NCBI GenBank assembly: GCA_052390235.1
Contig: JBQTHB010000003.1
Location: 192,001-256,000 of the forward strand
From: Deltaproteobacteria bacterium
Lineage (GTDB): Bacteria > Desulfobacterota_D > UBA1144 > Nemesobacterales > CSP1-2
DNA: 64,000 nucleotides
Direction: 5' to 3'
Within the stretch, counting starts at the first letter, position 1; each line of letters begins with the position of its first letter. Positions 37,461 through 47,428 of the stretch are shown in pieces. Below the pieces are notes generated by a model, which searched no databases, was not told where the DNA came from, and saw nothing but the letters and a program-made list of their open reading frames with translations. The position numbers and the translations under genes were made by a program.

Positions 37461-38348
37461 ATGTTTAAATTCAGAAAACTGACCATTGTGGTATCGGATA
37501 ACATAAAATCCCTCGTCTCAGACCTCCTGCTCGGACTCGACGCAATTGGAGTGTCGGAGGATGTGATTGACGGCAGAGAGGGCGAAGAGACCCTAGTCGT
37601 CGGCTATTTCCCGAAGGAGATCCAAATCACGGGCGTAGTGGAGAGCCTGCGGGAATATATCAAATTTCTCGGCGAAAATTTCACCGCCGTCCACTCAGGG
37701 GATGTCGAAATCGAAGAGATTGACCGCTCAAGCTGGGAGACTTGGCGTCAGCGCCTTAAAACCGTAAGGGCAAGCCGAAGGGTTATAATAAGGCCCCCTT
37801 GGGAAGAATACTCCCCTCAGGAGGGCGAAATGGTAATCGAGATAAACCCTTCAATGGCTTTCGGCACGGGACACCACGAGACGACGCGGCTGTGCATCAG
37901 GGCGATTGAAGAACTGGGCGAATCGAGGAAAATTGGCAGAGCGCTGGATGTGGGATGCGGAAGCGGCATTCTCTCGATAGCGGCGCTAAAATTGGGAGCG
38001 GCCGAGGCGACAGGTGTGGATAACGACCCCATTGCGATAACCGAATCCGAGGAGAACGCGGCGAGAAACGGGGTGTCGCTGGGGCTCGTGTGCGGGTATC
38101 TTGAGGGCATAGAAGGGGAGTTTGATTTAATCGTCATGAATATCTCGGCGGAGGTGTCGTATCTCCTGAGATATGAGATAAAATCGAGGCTCGGCGCCGG
38201 AGGGGCGGTTATCGTATCGGGGGTGGGATTCGCCAGGCGGGATGAAGTGGTCTCGGCATATCTCAAAGCCAGCTACACGCTCGACAGAGAGATGCAGGAC
38301 GGCGAGTGGATGGCGTTCGTGATGAGCGTTGATAGCAGCGCCGGCTGA
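37461..38348 (+). CDS. prmA: ribosomal protein L11 methyltransferase
   Basis: PSMAFGTGHHETT, LDVGCGSGILSI, DNDP.A; start moved to ATG 37461. Confidence 0.94.
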   Translation: MFKFRKLTIVVSDNIKSLVSDLLLGLDAIGVSEDVIDGREGEETLVVGYFPKEIQITGVVESLREYIKFLGENFTAVHSGDVEIEEIDRSSWETWRQRLKTVRASRRVIIRPPWEEYSPQEGEMVIEINPSMAFGTGHHETTRLCIRAIEELGESRKIGRALDVGCGSGILSIAALKLGAAEATGVDNDPIAITESEENAARNGVSLGLVCGYLEGIEGEFDLIVMNISAEVSYLLRYEIKSRLGAGGAVIVSGVGFARRDEVVSAYLKASYTLDREMQDGEWMAFVMSVDSSAG

Positions 38349-38387
38349 AGTAGAATTTTATTCCAAGCGCGCACAGGAGGACTCCAG

Positions 38388-39425
38388 ATGGCGTCGTTTA
38401 AAACAATTGAGTGGAGGGGCGACAGGGTTTCGATGATAGACCAGAGAAAACTCCCGATGGAGGAGGTCTATTTCGAGTGTCGGGGGTTTGAGGAATTAGC
38501 GTGGGCGATAAAAAACATGGTGATTCGAGGCGCGCCTGCTATCGGGGTTGCCGCCGCCATGGGAATCGCGCTCGGAGCGGTCAGGAGCCATAGCCGGGAT
38601 AAAGTCCAGTTCTTCTCAGAAATCAAGGAAGCCTCGGATGCAATATCAAAAACGAGGCCTACGGCGGTGAATCTCTTCTGGGCGATAGAGCGCATGAACC
38701 GCGTCCTGAAGGAGAACCAGGCGCGGGACGTTGACTCTATTCGGGATAAATTAGTCGAAGAGGCGATAGGAATCTATGAAGAGGATATTGCAATTTGCAG
38801 GAGCATAGGCAGAGCCGGAGCCGAACTAATACGGGACGGAAGCGCCGTTCTCACCCACTGCAACGCTGGAGCCTTGGCCACTGCGGGCTACGGAACCGCG
38901 CTCGGGGTGGTAAGGGCGGCGTTCGAGCGCGGAGGCGGAATAACAGTCGTCGCCAGCGAAACGCGCCCGTTCCTTCAGGGGGCGAGGCTCACGGCTTGGG
39001 AACTGCAAAGAGACGGCATCCCGGTAACGCTCATCACTGATAGCATGGCTGGGTACGTCATGCGCAAAGGCATGGTTGATGCGGTCATCGTCGGAGCGGA
39101 CAGAATCGCCGCAAACGGGGACACGGCTAATAAAATCGGGACTTACACGCTCTCGGTTCTGGCAAAATTCCACGGGATTCCGTTTCTCGTCGCCGCCCCC
39201 ACGTCAACAATTGATATGAAATGCCCGTCGGGGGATTTAATCCCCATTGAGGAGCGGGACGCCGCCGAGGTAACTCACATTCAAGGCGCGAGAGTCGCGG
39301 CTGATACCCCTGTGATGAATCCCGCGTTCGACGTTACGCCAAGCGCGAATATTGACTACATAATTACCGAGAGGGGAGTGGTTGGCCCCCCATTTGCGGA
39401 GAATATTGAAACCCTATTCGATTAG
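38388..39425 (+). CDS. mtnA: S-methyl-5-thioribose-1-phosphate isomerase
   Basis: [50 protein letters not shown]. Confidence 0.96.
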   Translation: MASFKTIEWRGDRVSMIDQRKLPMEEVYFECRGFEELAWAIKNMVIRGAPAIGVAAAMGIALGAVRSHSRDKVQFFSEIKEASDAISKTRPTAVNLFWAIERMNRVLKENQARDVDSIRDKLVEEAIGIYEEDIAICRSIGRAGAELIRDGSAVLTHCNAGALATAGYGTALGVVRAAFERGGGITVVASETRPFLQGARLTAWELQRDGIPVTLITDSMAGYVMRKGMVDAVIVGADRIAANGDTANKIGTYTLSVLAKFHGIPFLVAAPTSTIDMKCPSGDLIPIEERDAAEVTHIQGARVAADTPVMNPAFDVTPSANIDYIITERGVVGPPFAENIETLFD

Positions 39426-39483
39426 ACACGGGGTTATCTAACCCCGCTGAGCGTGTAGCAATTCGATAGCCCCACCCCTAGAG

Positions 39484-40032
39484 CTAGAGGTCTCGCCCCT
39501 GTCTCTCAAGGTCAATCTGGCACGAGAGGCACAGCTTTGCAAACGGCATCGCCCGCAATCTGTCTTCGCCGACGTCGTCCCCGCAAATATCGCATACGCC
39601 GTATGAGCCGTCCTCGATTTTTCGGAGCGCCTCATCAATTTGGACGAGCTTGCCGCGGTCGCGGTCGGTTATCATGAGCGAGAGTTCTCTGTCGCGGTCG
39701 TTTGAGGCGTGGTCGTAGAAATCCCCCACATCAAACCTAAGATAGTCGGATTCATTTCTGATGGACTGCGATACCTCTTTAATAAGCTCTCTCCTCATCT
39801 GAAGGAGCATATCTTTAATCCCCAATCTCCAGGTGAGGTCAATGAACACGGGGGCGGGTTTTATCTCCCCCTGGCGATGCGCTGGCTCCGGCTCTGCGGC
39901 TGGGGGCGGCATGGCGGGGGTTTCCTTTTTTACTGCGCCCTCTTTGGTATTCGGAGAGATATGCTTGAGGGGTTTGGCGGACGGCTTTTTTTTGAGCTGT
40001 TCTTTGGGCTTGATTTCTTTTGTTTTTGTCAT
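39484..40032 (-). CDS. dksA: DksA/TraR C4 zinc-finger protein with low-complexity N-terminal extension
   Basis: GDFYDHA tip, YGVCDICG..RL.A.P.A.LCLSC; TTGACA promoter at 40094-40099 (minus strand). Confidence 0.88.
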   Translation of the reverse strand: MTKTKEIKPKEQLKKKPSAKPLKHISPNTKEGAVKKETPAMPPPAAEPEPAHRQGEIKPAPVFIDLTWRLGIKDMLLQMRRELIKEVSQSIRNESDYLRFDVGDFYDHASNDRDRELSLMITDRDRGKLVQIDEALRKIEDGSYGVCDICGDDVGEDRLRAMPFAKLCLSCQIDLERQGRDL

Positions 40033-40266
40033 TTTCTCTCCTTCAACCTCTTTTAAGTAAGGCGACTATTTAAGATAAGAACACAAAGGGCTTTGTCAAT
40101 AGAAAGCAAAAATGCTTAACACAGAGACCACAACCCCGCGCCTCAGTTCATACGGACACAGTATAGAGCGGCGTAACGCATTTTATATGGATACGAACCC
40201 GGGGCTTATTTATGTTACAATATGCTCCGAAGTTAAACCGCCCGCAAACTGTGGAAGCGACCGAAT

Positions 40267-40587
40267 ATGAGCAAAAAGAAAAAGAGAAAAGCCAACCCGA
40301 CCCTTGCCCTCGCCCTGTCCGCAATCTTTCCCGGACTTGGGCAGGCGTACAATAATCAAGCCGCCAAAGGGGTGGCCATCGTTGCCGTCAATTTGATTAT
40401 CAACATCCTGCTCATGACGCCGCTTCAACAACTCATAGACTACGGGAGCGAAACCCCAGACACTCCAACGCTCATCATAGTCGGCGGCTACGCCATAGCC
40501 GGACTCACCCTCTGGATTTATTCAATGTTCGACGCGAAGAGAACCGCCGAGCTAATTAAAAAAGAAGAAACAGTATCGAATATCTAG
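40267..40587 (+). CDS. small membrane protein (PGLGQxY family)
   Basis: A..LS...PGLGQ.YN....KG and W..S..DA motifs. Confidence 0.75.
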   Translation: MSKKKKRKANPTLALALSAIFPGLGQAYNNQAAKGVAIVAVNLIINILLMTPLQQLIDYGSETPDTPTLIIVGGYAIAGLTLWIYSMFDAKRTAELIKKEETVSNI

Positions 40588-40607
40588 CGCGCCCGGGCTT
40601 GATAATT

Positions 40608-41621
40608 TTATCCGCTCCCAGATTCTTCAAGCCACTTTGTCATCTCCCGAACGAGCTCCGCCACACCCTCCCCCGTAGCCGAGGAAACGGGAAACACCTC
40701 GATTTTGCGCCTGCGAAACTTGGTTTTGAGCTTTTTCAGCGCGTCTTTCGACTCCGTGATGTCAATCTTATTGAGCGCGATGATTTGAGGCTTGAGGGCA
40801 AGCTCGGCGCTATAGAGCTTGAGTTCGGCGTTTAGGGTTTTGTAGTCTTCCATCGGGTCTCTTTCGGTCTCAGGCGATAAATCAAGCAGGTGAACGATAA
40901 CCCTCGTGCGCTCGATGTGCTTTAGAAATCTCACCCCTAGCCCAGTTCCCTCGTGAGCGCCCTTTATCAGCCCCGGAATATCGGCTACGACGAAGGTCTT
41001 ATCCTCGTGATAGCGCACTACGCCCAAATTCGGGACGAGCGTCGTAAAGGGATAATCGGCAATTTTGGGTCTCGCCGCCGAGATTTTTGAAATCAGGGTG
41101 GATTTTCCAGCATTCGGAAACCCGATAATCCCCACGTCGGCTAGGAGTTTTAGCTCAAGCGCGAGCGTCCTCTCCTCGGCATCGCCCCCCGGCTCGTAGT
41201 ACCTCGGGGCTTGGTTGGTTGAGGATTTAAAGCGGGCGTTCCCCTTGCCGCCCCTGCCCCCCTTAGCCACAACGAATGAGCCGCAATCCTGCGTCATATC
41301 CGCTAGAATCTGCCCCGTGTCGAAATCCTTGACTATCGTGCCTACGGGAACGGGGATGATTAGATCCACGGCGTTTTTTCCGTGCTGGTCGCTCCCTCTG
41401 CCATTTTCACCCTTTTCCGCCTTGTAGCGCTGATGGTAGCGGTGGTCTAAGAGGGACGCCATATTGCGCTCGGCAATAATAATTACGTCCCCTCCCCTGC
41501 CGCCGTCGCCGCCGTCCGGGCCGCCCTTAGGGACGAATTTCTCCCTCCTGAAGCTCATAGAGCCTCGCCCGCCCGCGCCTGACTTCACGTATATTTTTGC
41601 CTCGTCAATAAATTTAACCAT
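40608..41621 (-). CDS. obgE: GTPase ObgE
   Basis: FRREKFVPKGGPDGGDGG, G.PNAGKSTL, DYPFTTL, DIPGLI, NKID. Confidence 0.98.
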   Translation of the reverse strand: MVKFIDEAKIYVKSGAGGRGSMSFRREKFVPKGGPDGGDGGRGGDVIIIAERNMASLLDHRYHQRYKAEKGENGRGSDQHGKNAVDLIIPVPVGTIVKDFDTGQILADMTQDCGSFVVAKGGRGGKGNARFKSSTNQAPRYYEPGGDAEERTLALELKLLADVGIIGFPNAGKSTLISKISAARPKIADYPFTTLVPNLGVVRYHEDKTFVVADIPGLIKGAHEGTGLGVRFLKHIERTRVIVHLLDLSPETERDPMEDYKTLNAELKLYSAELALKPQIIALNKIDITESKDALKKLKTKFRRRKIEVFPVSSATGEGVAELVREMTKWLEESGSG

Positions 41622-41655
41622 TCAACGCTCCCGCCTCTCTGCGCTCAGTCCGGCA

Positions 41656-43722
41656 TCATGATGTGGACGCATCCGTCTCATGAGCGCGGCTGATAGTGTC
41701 TCCCGCCCCCGCGCCGTATAAAACGGGAACGAGCGAGATTTTCCTCCTCAGAGGGTCAACGCTCCGCACCACAAGAGCGATTTCATCCCCCTCGCGCATC
41801 TCGAACTGAACCGGTATCGGCGTCTCAAATAGATAATCCATCAGATACGCCGATGCCCCTCTGTCGGAGACATAGCTCACGACGCCGCGAATCTCTCGTC
41901 CCTCGAAATCCTTTAGATATTTAAGGAGCCAGTATCTATCTCTGGTTCGCTGAATCATCTTCTTCTCCCTAAGCCCAAGCTCTATCTGCATATACATCCG
42001 CTCAAGCTCCTCGGCCGAGTAAGCCGCGCCCTCGCCCGTGAGTTCGCCAATAATCTGCCTGTGCAAAACGAGGTCGAAATATCGCCTTATGGGGGAGGTA
42101 ACTTGCACATAAACGTCAAGCCCAAGGGACTGATGCGGCTCAGGGCACAAACCCACTCTCGCGGGTTTGAGAAACTTCACCGCCCGAAGCGCAAAGAGCG
42201 GGTCGTTCTCATCGAGAGACTTTGCGTCGTCCGAAATCGGTTCGGACTGGGAGCGAAACACCCCCGGAATTTCCTTGTCCCTGAGAAATCTTCCGGCAAG
42301 CCAGTTCATAAGTATCATGCACTCGGATACTACGGTGTTCGCCACGGTGTTCATATAAATTTTTCTAATCGTAATGCCGCCGTCTTGGCGAATACCGATT
42401 TTAATCTGCGGAAGCTCCACGAGAAACGCCCCCGCGTCAACCCTCTTTTTGCGGAGCGCTGAGGAGAGCGCAATTAATTTCCGCCCCCAAGAGCTTTGCC
42501 CGAAAAAATTCTCGCTCTCCGTGTAGGTCAGATTTCTCCTCACGGCGATTTTCGATTGTGTAAATCTGTAGCTCCTGAGGTTAAATGTCTCATCGAACGA
42601 GGCTAGAAGCGAGAGCGAGAGCTTGGACGCGCCTTGAAACAGGCTCAGTTTCTCCCTGATGAGTTCCTTGGGAAACATATGGATGTGTCCTTCGGGGATA
42701 TAGATAGTCTCTCCGCGCCTTGCCGCCTCTTCGTCAAGCGGACTCCATTTCGGGATAAAAGCGGCGACGTTGGCAATATGGACTCCGAGAGTGAATCCCT
42801 CCTGAGTTTCCGTGAGCGAGATGGCGTCGTCAATGTCCTCAGTGGTCTCGTCGTCAACCGAATAGGCTTCGAGGTGCGTGAGGTCTTCGACGCCCTCTTC
42901 CGGGGCGGAATCGTCAATTATGCGGCGCAACTCTTCGGTCGCCTTTTTGGGGAATCTGCCGTCAACGCCGAGGCGGCGGAGTATCGGGTCTTCGTCCTCT
43001 CGCCAGCATCCGGCTTTGATTAAAAATTCAAGCGCGCCTTCGACGTCTCGAATCCCGGATTCAGCCATGAAGGATTTGGCGTCCGTCGCCCTCTCGAATT
43101 TATCGAGATGAATCACATACCCCTTGAGAAGCTCCACAAATCCGGCGAAATCCCCCGCGTCGGCGGATGAGTCGTCGCGCTCTTCGGCGATGGCCCTTGC
43201 CCACTTCACAGCGGCGCGCCTCTCGGCGATTTTCTTGGATTCGAGCTCTCTTCGATGGACAATATCCTCGACATCTTTCACCGTGTGAGGGATGTAGCCG
43301 CACTCTCCTCTCTTAAAATAGACTTCGGTTTTCTCTATAGCCCAGAAGAGCAGAAGCGCCTCTTTTTGGCGGGTGGATGAGTCTTTGCCCAAGTACAGCT
43401 CGATGATTTCGTCCAGGGTTATCTCTGCGCCGAGGTCAAAAACGCACTCCCAGATGGTTTTGAGGTCAACCTTCGGGACGCTCTCGTCAAGCTCGCGCCT
43501 CAGCCCCCGCAAAGCGAGTTTCTTCTCGGATTGATTGAGTTCGTCGCTGAGCTTAATGCCAGCCGGGAGAACCACTTTTTCATAATCCACCTCGACCTCT
43601 TTGCCCTCTTCCGAGAACACAGAGAATTTCGCCCCCGCACCCTCGGTTATTACGCCAAGGGAAGGCTCTTTCCTCTTTCTGAATATAATAACTTCGCCGT
43701 GCTTCGGTATTCTTTTAATCAT
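41656..43722 (-). CDS. rnb: RNase II/R family exoribonuclease
   Basis: DDETTEDIDDAIS, VHIA, ECMI, TSPIRRYFDL..HRQ, C-terminal S1. Confidence 0.92.
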   Translation of the reverse strand: MIKRIPKHGEVIIFRKRKEPSLGVITEGAGAKFSVFSEEGKEVEVDYEKVVLPAGIKLSDELNQSEKKLALRGLRRELDESVPKVDLKTIWECVFDLGAEITLDEIIELYLGKDSSTRQKEALLLFWAIEKTEVYFKRGECGYIPHTVKDVEDIVHRRELESKKIAERRAAVKWARAIAEERDDSSADAGDFAGFVELLKGYVIHLDKFERATDAKSFMAESGIRDVEGALEFLIKAGCWREDEDPILRRLGVDGRFPKKATEELRRIIDDSAPEEGVEDLTHLEAYSVDDETTEDIDDAISLTETQEGFTLGVHIANVAAFIPKWSPLDEEAARRGETIYIPEGHIHMFPKELIREKLSLFQGASKLSLSLLASFDETFNLRSYRFTQSKIAVRRNLTYTESENFFGQSSWGRKLIALSSALRKKRVDAGAFLVELPQIKIGIRQDGGITIRKIYMNTVANTVVSECMILMNWLAGRFLRDKEIPGVFRSQSEPISDDAKSLDENDPLFALRAVKFLKPARVGLCPEPHQSLGLDVYVQVTSPIRRYFDLVLHRQIIGELTGEGAAYSAEELERMYMQIELGLREKKMIQRTRDRYWLLKYLKDFEGREIRGVVSYVSDRGASAYLMDYLFETPIPVQFEMREGDEIALVVRSVDPLRRKISLVPVLYGAGAGDTISRAHETDASTS

Positions 43723-43835
43723 AGCTCGCCAATAGTGTATATAAGAGAGTTCCGTATTTGCAATAATAACGGCTCTTGGGGAGTTGCCGCGGGGGATTTA
43801 AGCGAGAATCCTTCGGGCGCCTCGGTAGTTTTATT

Positions 43836-43909
43836 TGGCTGGGGCGGGTGGACTCGAACCACCATAGCGGGCTTCAAAGGCCCGAGTCCTGCCGTTAGAC
43901 GACGCCCCA
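43836..43909 (-). tRNA. tRNA-Gln(TTG)
   Basis: TGGGGCG acceptor stem, anticodon arm CGGGC-CTTTGAA-GCCCG, GTTCGAGT T-loop, encoded CCA; follows ispE. Confidence 0.97.
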
Positions 43910-43970
43910 ACCGTGCGAAAACAGGATTAAAATCCTACCGAGCATTTATCCCGAAGGCAAATAAAGCGCT

Positions 43971-44837
43971 TTAAAACAGCCTGTGCCAGCCTGAAATTGC
44001 CTCTGCCAAAAAGACCGAGAGCGAATCGCCCCCCTGGAGATAATCGTAAATCTCGCGGGCTTCCCTCTCGTTGGCGAATACGGCATAGACGCTTGAGCCG
44101 CTTCCGGTCATGGAGACGGCTTTCGCGCCTAATCCGGTTAGGGTTTCCTTAATTTTCTGTATTTGAGGATAGAGAGCGGCGGCGGGTTTTTCCAGGTCGT
44201 TTCCGAGGGGATGCCCCCCGCTTTTAAAGAGCGCGGCAGCATCTTGCGGCGCGGGGGAATTCTCTGCGGTTTCGTCCCATTTTTCATAGACGGTTTTCGT
44301 AGAGGTTTCAAATCCCGGATGAACGATGACATAGTGATAAAGGGGGAAATCCCGAATCTGTGTGAGCCTCTCGCCTATCCCTTCGGCAATGGCGGCTCGG
44401 CAGTGGATGAAAAAAGGAACGTCCGCCCCTATCTGCGCCGAGAGTTTCACTAATTCGCCTTGGGTAAATTTTTTTGTGAGCCTATTCAACCCCACTAGGG
44501 TTGCCGCCGCATTCGAGCTTCCGCCGCCGAGTCCCGCGCCTAGCGGGATTTTTTTCTTTATCGAGATTTTTACTCCGAGCCTGCCCATACCGCCCTCGCG
44601 GACGAAGAGCGAAGCCGCCCGCCATGCCAAATTATCCTCTCCCCTGGGGGTTTTAATCCCCGAAGAGGCCACTTCAATCCCTAGCGGCGAGTTGGCGGCG
44701 ACCTCAAGGGATACTTCGTCAAATAGACTCACGGGCTGCATTATAGAGCGGATTTCATGATAGCCATCCGCCCTCCTGCTCAAGACCTCGAGGGTTAAAT
44801 TCACTTTTGCCGGCGAAAGCAGTGTAATTGAGCGCAT
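43971..44837 (-). CDS. ispE: 4-diphosphocytidyl-2-C-methyl-D-erythritol kinase
   Basis: PAKVNL.L, DGYHEI, KKIP.GAGLGGGSSNAA, GADVPFF, MTGSGS. Confidence 0.97.
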   Translation of the reverse strand: MRSITLLSPAKVNLTLEVLSRRADGYHEIRSIMQPVSLFDEVSLEVAANSPLGIEVASSGIKTPRGEDNLAWRAASLFVREGGMGRLGVKISIKKKIPLGAGLGGGSSNAAATLVGLNRLTKKFTQGELVKLSAQIGADVPFFIHCRAAIAEGIGERLTQIRDFPLYHYVIVHPGFETSTKTVYEKWDETAENSPAPQDAAALFKSGGHPLGNDLEKPAAALYPQIQKIKETLTGLGAKAVSMTGSGSSVYAVFANEREAREIYDYLQGGDSLSVFLAEAISGWHRLF

Positions 44838-45029
44838 CTGTAGAGGGGTTTGCGGGAATTTAGCTCACGCTCCCACAGGGTTGAGATTGTATGTAAAGCT
44901 CAGCCCATGTCAATTTATCGCGGATTCGGCGCGCGGGATAAAATTTACTCACAATGAAAATTAGCGATTGAATATGGGGGCGAAATATAATACTATGCCA
45001 ATAAAATTCCCTATATCAGGAGGAATCAG

Positions 45030-45335
45030 ATGAAACAATTTGCAAGCGCGTTTATTTGTCTCCTAGTGGTCGCATCGCTCATAAGTTGTGCTGGCACCCG
45101 GACCAGAGAAAGCACCGGAGAGTACATTGACGACACCGCCATAACCACCAAGGTAAAAGCCGCCCTTCTGGCAGACCCGGAGGTCAGCGGATTGGCTATT
45201 AGCGTGGAAACATTCAAGGGCGTGGTTCAGCTAAGCGGTTTTGTTGACAGCAAAGCCCACGGTCAGCGGGCGGTTGAAATTGCAAGGTCAATAAAAGGGG
45301 TCAAAGGGGTCAAAAACAACACGTCGCTAAAGTAG
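45030..45335 (+). CDS. BON domain (OsmY-like) lipoprotein
   Basis: Lipobox LISC; STGEYIDDTAITTKVKA, GVVQLSGFV, GVK.VKN. Confidence 0.92.
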   Translation: MKQFASAFICLLVVASLISCAGTRTRESTGEYIDDTAITTKVKAALLADPEVSGLAISVETFKGVVQLSGFVDSKAHGQRAVEIARSIKGVKGVKNNTSLK

Positions 45336-45552
45336 AGCAGGCGCTGCTTAATGATTTTTTTCTCTCCAACTGAGTTCGGCGCAGGAGTTTGGGCGAGATG
45401 CGAAAAAGAAAGTCCCCCTCAATGCTCGGCGCCGGGCAAGGTGGGCAGGATTAGAGCGTGAAAATAATTGTTTTAGAGAGGTCTTGATTTATTTTAATTT
45501 GTTCTTGTGGTAGTCTATAATGCCAAATCACTTAATTAGGAGGGTTTGGTAA

Positions 45553-45882
45553 ATGTCTATGTTTAAAAAGCTTCTAACGGTTGCGGGTATTGGCGTGTTT
45601 GCCATCGGGCTTGGCGCTTGTCCGGAGAAGAAGGAAGAGGCCCCGGCTGAGACAACCACAATCGAAGAGGGCGCGGAAAAGGCTGGGGAGATGATGGAAG
45701 AGGGCGCGGAAAAGGCTGGGGAGATGATGGAAGAGGGCGCTGAGAAAGCCGGCGAGATGATGGAAGAGGGCGCTGAGAAAGCCGGCGAGATGATGGAAGA
45801 GGGCGCTGAGAAAGCCGGCGAGATGATGGAAGAGGGCAAGGAGAAAGCCGGCGAGATGATGGAAGGGGAAACAAAGCCGTAG
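45553..45882 (+). CDS. lipoprotein with six 11-aa repeats (EEGAEKAGEMM)
   Basis: GGAGG RBS, TATAAT at 45516, lipobox LGAC. Confidence 0.88.
   Translation: MSMFKKLLTVAGIGVFAIGLGACPEKKEEAPAETTTIEEGAEKAGEMMEEGAEKAGEMMEEGAEKAGEMMEEGAEKAGEMMEEGAEKAGEMMEEGKEKAGEMMEGETKP
45664..45867 (+). repeat. 33-bp coding tandem repeat, 6 copies
   Basis: GAAGAGGGCGC(G/T)GA(A/G)AA(G/A)GC(T/C)GG(G/C)GAGATGATG. Confidence 0.97.
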
Positions 45883-46025
45883 GTTTTATTTAATATAGAT
45901 GAAATTGTTAATCATTTAGGTCATACACATCCGACAATTTCTCATTCCAATATTCAGCCAGTAAATAACCGGTTCGGGGATTCCTTGGCTTGAAATTTAC
46001 GAACCCCTGCGAATCCGACAAAGCT

Positions 46026-46058
46026 ACCCCGCCGCCTCACAAAGCGACGGGGTTTTTT
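46026..46058 (+). terminator. intrinsic terminator
   Basis: ACCCCGCCGC-CTCACAAA-GCGACGGGGT followed by a T-tract. Confidence 0.75.
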
Positions 46059-46166
46059 ATTGCCTAATTTTGAGCGCTATGGCGTCTTCAATCCTAATTT
46101 CAATCCCTTGGGCGAGTCCGCAGATTTCGAGTTGAGGGGGCTAAATTCACAGTGAGGAGAAATTCT

Positions 46167-46487
46167 ATGGGCTGGGGTTATCTCATTATCGCGGGGATTC
46201 TCGAAGTTCTCTGGGCTGTGGGGCTTAAATACACATACGGGTTCACGAGGATTACGCCCTCAGTTTTTACCGTCGCGGTGATGATAGCGAGTTTTATTTT
46301 TCTCTCCCTCGCGCTCAAGACCATACCGCTCGGCACGGGATACGCGATTTGGACTGGGATTGGCGCAGTTGGCACGACAACGCTGGGAATAATTCTATTT
46401 GCCGAGCCTGCGACCGCCGTGAGACTCGGATGTATAGGGTTAATTGTCGCCGGAATCGCCGGGCTCAAAATTACTTCGGGTCATTAA
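46167..46487 (+). CDS. sugE: SMR family guanidinium/quaternary ammonium exporter (SugE/Gdx)
   Basis: W..L..AG.LEV.WA.GLK...GFT, P.GT.YAIWTGIGA.G, G..GLK. Confidence 0.9.
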   Translation: MGWGYLIIAGILEVLWAVGLKYTYGFTRITPSVFTVAVMIASFIFLSLALKTIPLGTGYAIWTGIGAVGTTTLGIILFAEPATAVRLGCIGLIVAGIAGLKITSGH

Positions 46488-46533
46488 ACCTTGGGAATTT
46501 TAATTTCTCGTTTTTTTATAATATACTGCTTGG

Positions 46534-47349
46534 GTGAACACAGAATTTTTAAAAAATATCCCCCTGCTGTCCGAATTAACAAATCTAGAGCTAGCCACCT
46601 TAGTTGCCCTGCTTGAGCCTCGCGACTTCAAGCCCAATGAGACCATTTTCTGGATAGGCGATACAGGAGCGGATTTCTATATCGTGCAGTCGGGGCAAGT
46701 CCTCCTGACCTACCCTGACGAAGCAGGGGTCGAAAACACCCTTGCCCTTCTCAGCCCCGGAGACTTTTTCGGGGAGATTTCGCTGATTGACAACAGCGCC
46801 CGCACCGCCACCTCGCGCGCGGTTGGCGATACGAGGCTCCTGTGCCTCTCGCGGGAGAACTTTCTTGAGTTTATGAAAACGCACCCTTCTTTCACTATTC
46901 AGATTCTGCGGATGCTAGTACACCGCCAGCGGGAAACCCTTGAACAGCTAAGGGGAGCGCGTAACCTCAATAAAATCATCGAGGAGATGAACGAAAAAGG
47001 TCCCTCGTGGAATCGAATAGCCGATAAAATAGCGGCGTTCAGCGGTAGTAAAGTATTTCTGCTGATTCATGTGTTTTGGTTCAGCCTATGGACATTTGGC
47101 AATACAATTCTCGGCGGTAGAGCCTTTGACCCCTTCCCCTTCGGACTCCTCACGATGATAGTCTCGCTGGAAGCGATATTTCTCTCAATATTTGTGCTGG
47201 TGAGCGCCAACCGCCAGAGTGAAAAAGACCGTGTGCGCGCCGATTTAGATTATCAGGTAAACCTCAAAGCCGAAGCAGAAATCATGCGCCTTCACGGTAA
47301 AATAGACCTGATTCAAAGCCGAATCCAGAATTTCACCGGCGGACGATAA
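46534..47349 (+). CDS. cyclic-nucleotide-binding domain + DUF1003 membrane protein
   Basis: FFGEISL...RTA; ADKIA.F.GS, FDPFPF.LL...SLEAIFL...NRQ. Confidence 0.88.
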   Translation: MNTEFLKNIPLLSELTNLELATLVALLEPRDFKPNETIFWIGDTGADFYIVQSGQVLLTYPDEAGVENTLALLSPGDFFGEISLIDNSARTATSRAVGDTRLLCLSRENFLEFMKTHPSFTIQILRMLVHRQRETLEQLRGARNLNKIIEEMNEKGPSWNRIADKIAAFSGSKVFLLIHVFWFSLWTFGNTILGGRAFDPFPFGLLTMIVSLEAIFLSIFVLVSANRQSEKDRVRADLDYQVNLKAEAEIMRLHGKIDLIQSRIQNFTGGR

Positions 47350-47428
47350 TAGCGTTGCGCGCTGGGCTGAAACCGTACCGGCGCTTCTGCATCCTATAGT
47401 ATTAAAACCCTATAACGGAGGCGATTTA

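Noticed and set aside
43780..43909. tRNA-Gln as an island or prophage integration site
   Set aside because: No integrase and no duplicated tRNA 3' end seen; flanks are housekeeping genes.
43719..43910. 63-aa ORF
   Set aside because: Shadow of tRNA-Gln.
45664..45867. 33-bp repeats as a CRISPR array
   Set aside because: Head-to-tail with no unique spacers, in-frame in a lipoprotein gene, no cas genes.
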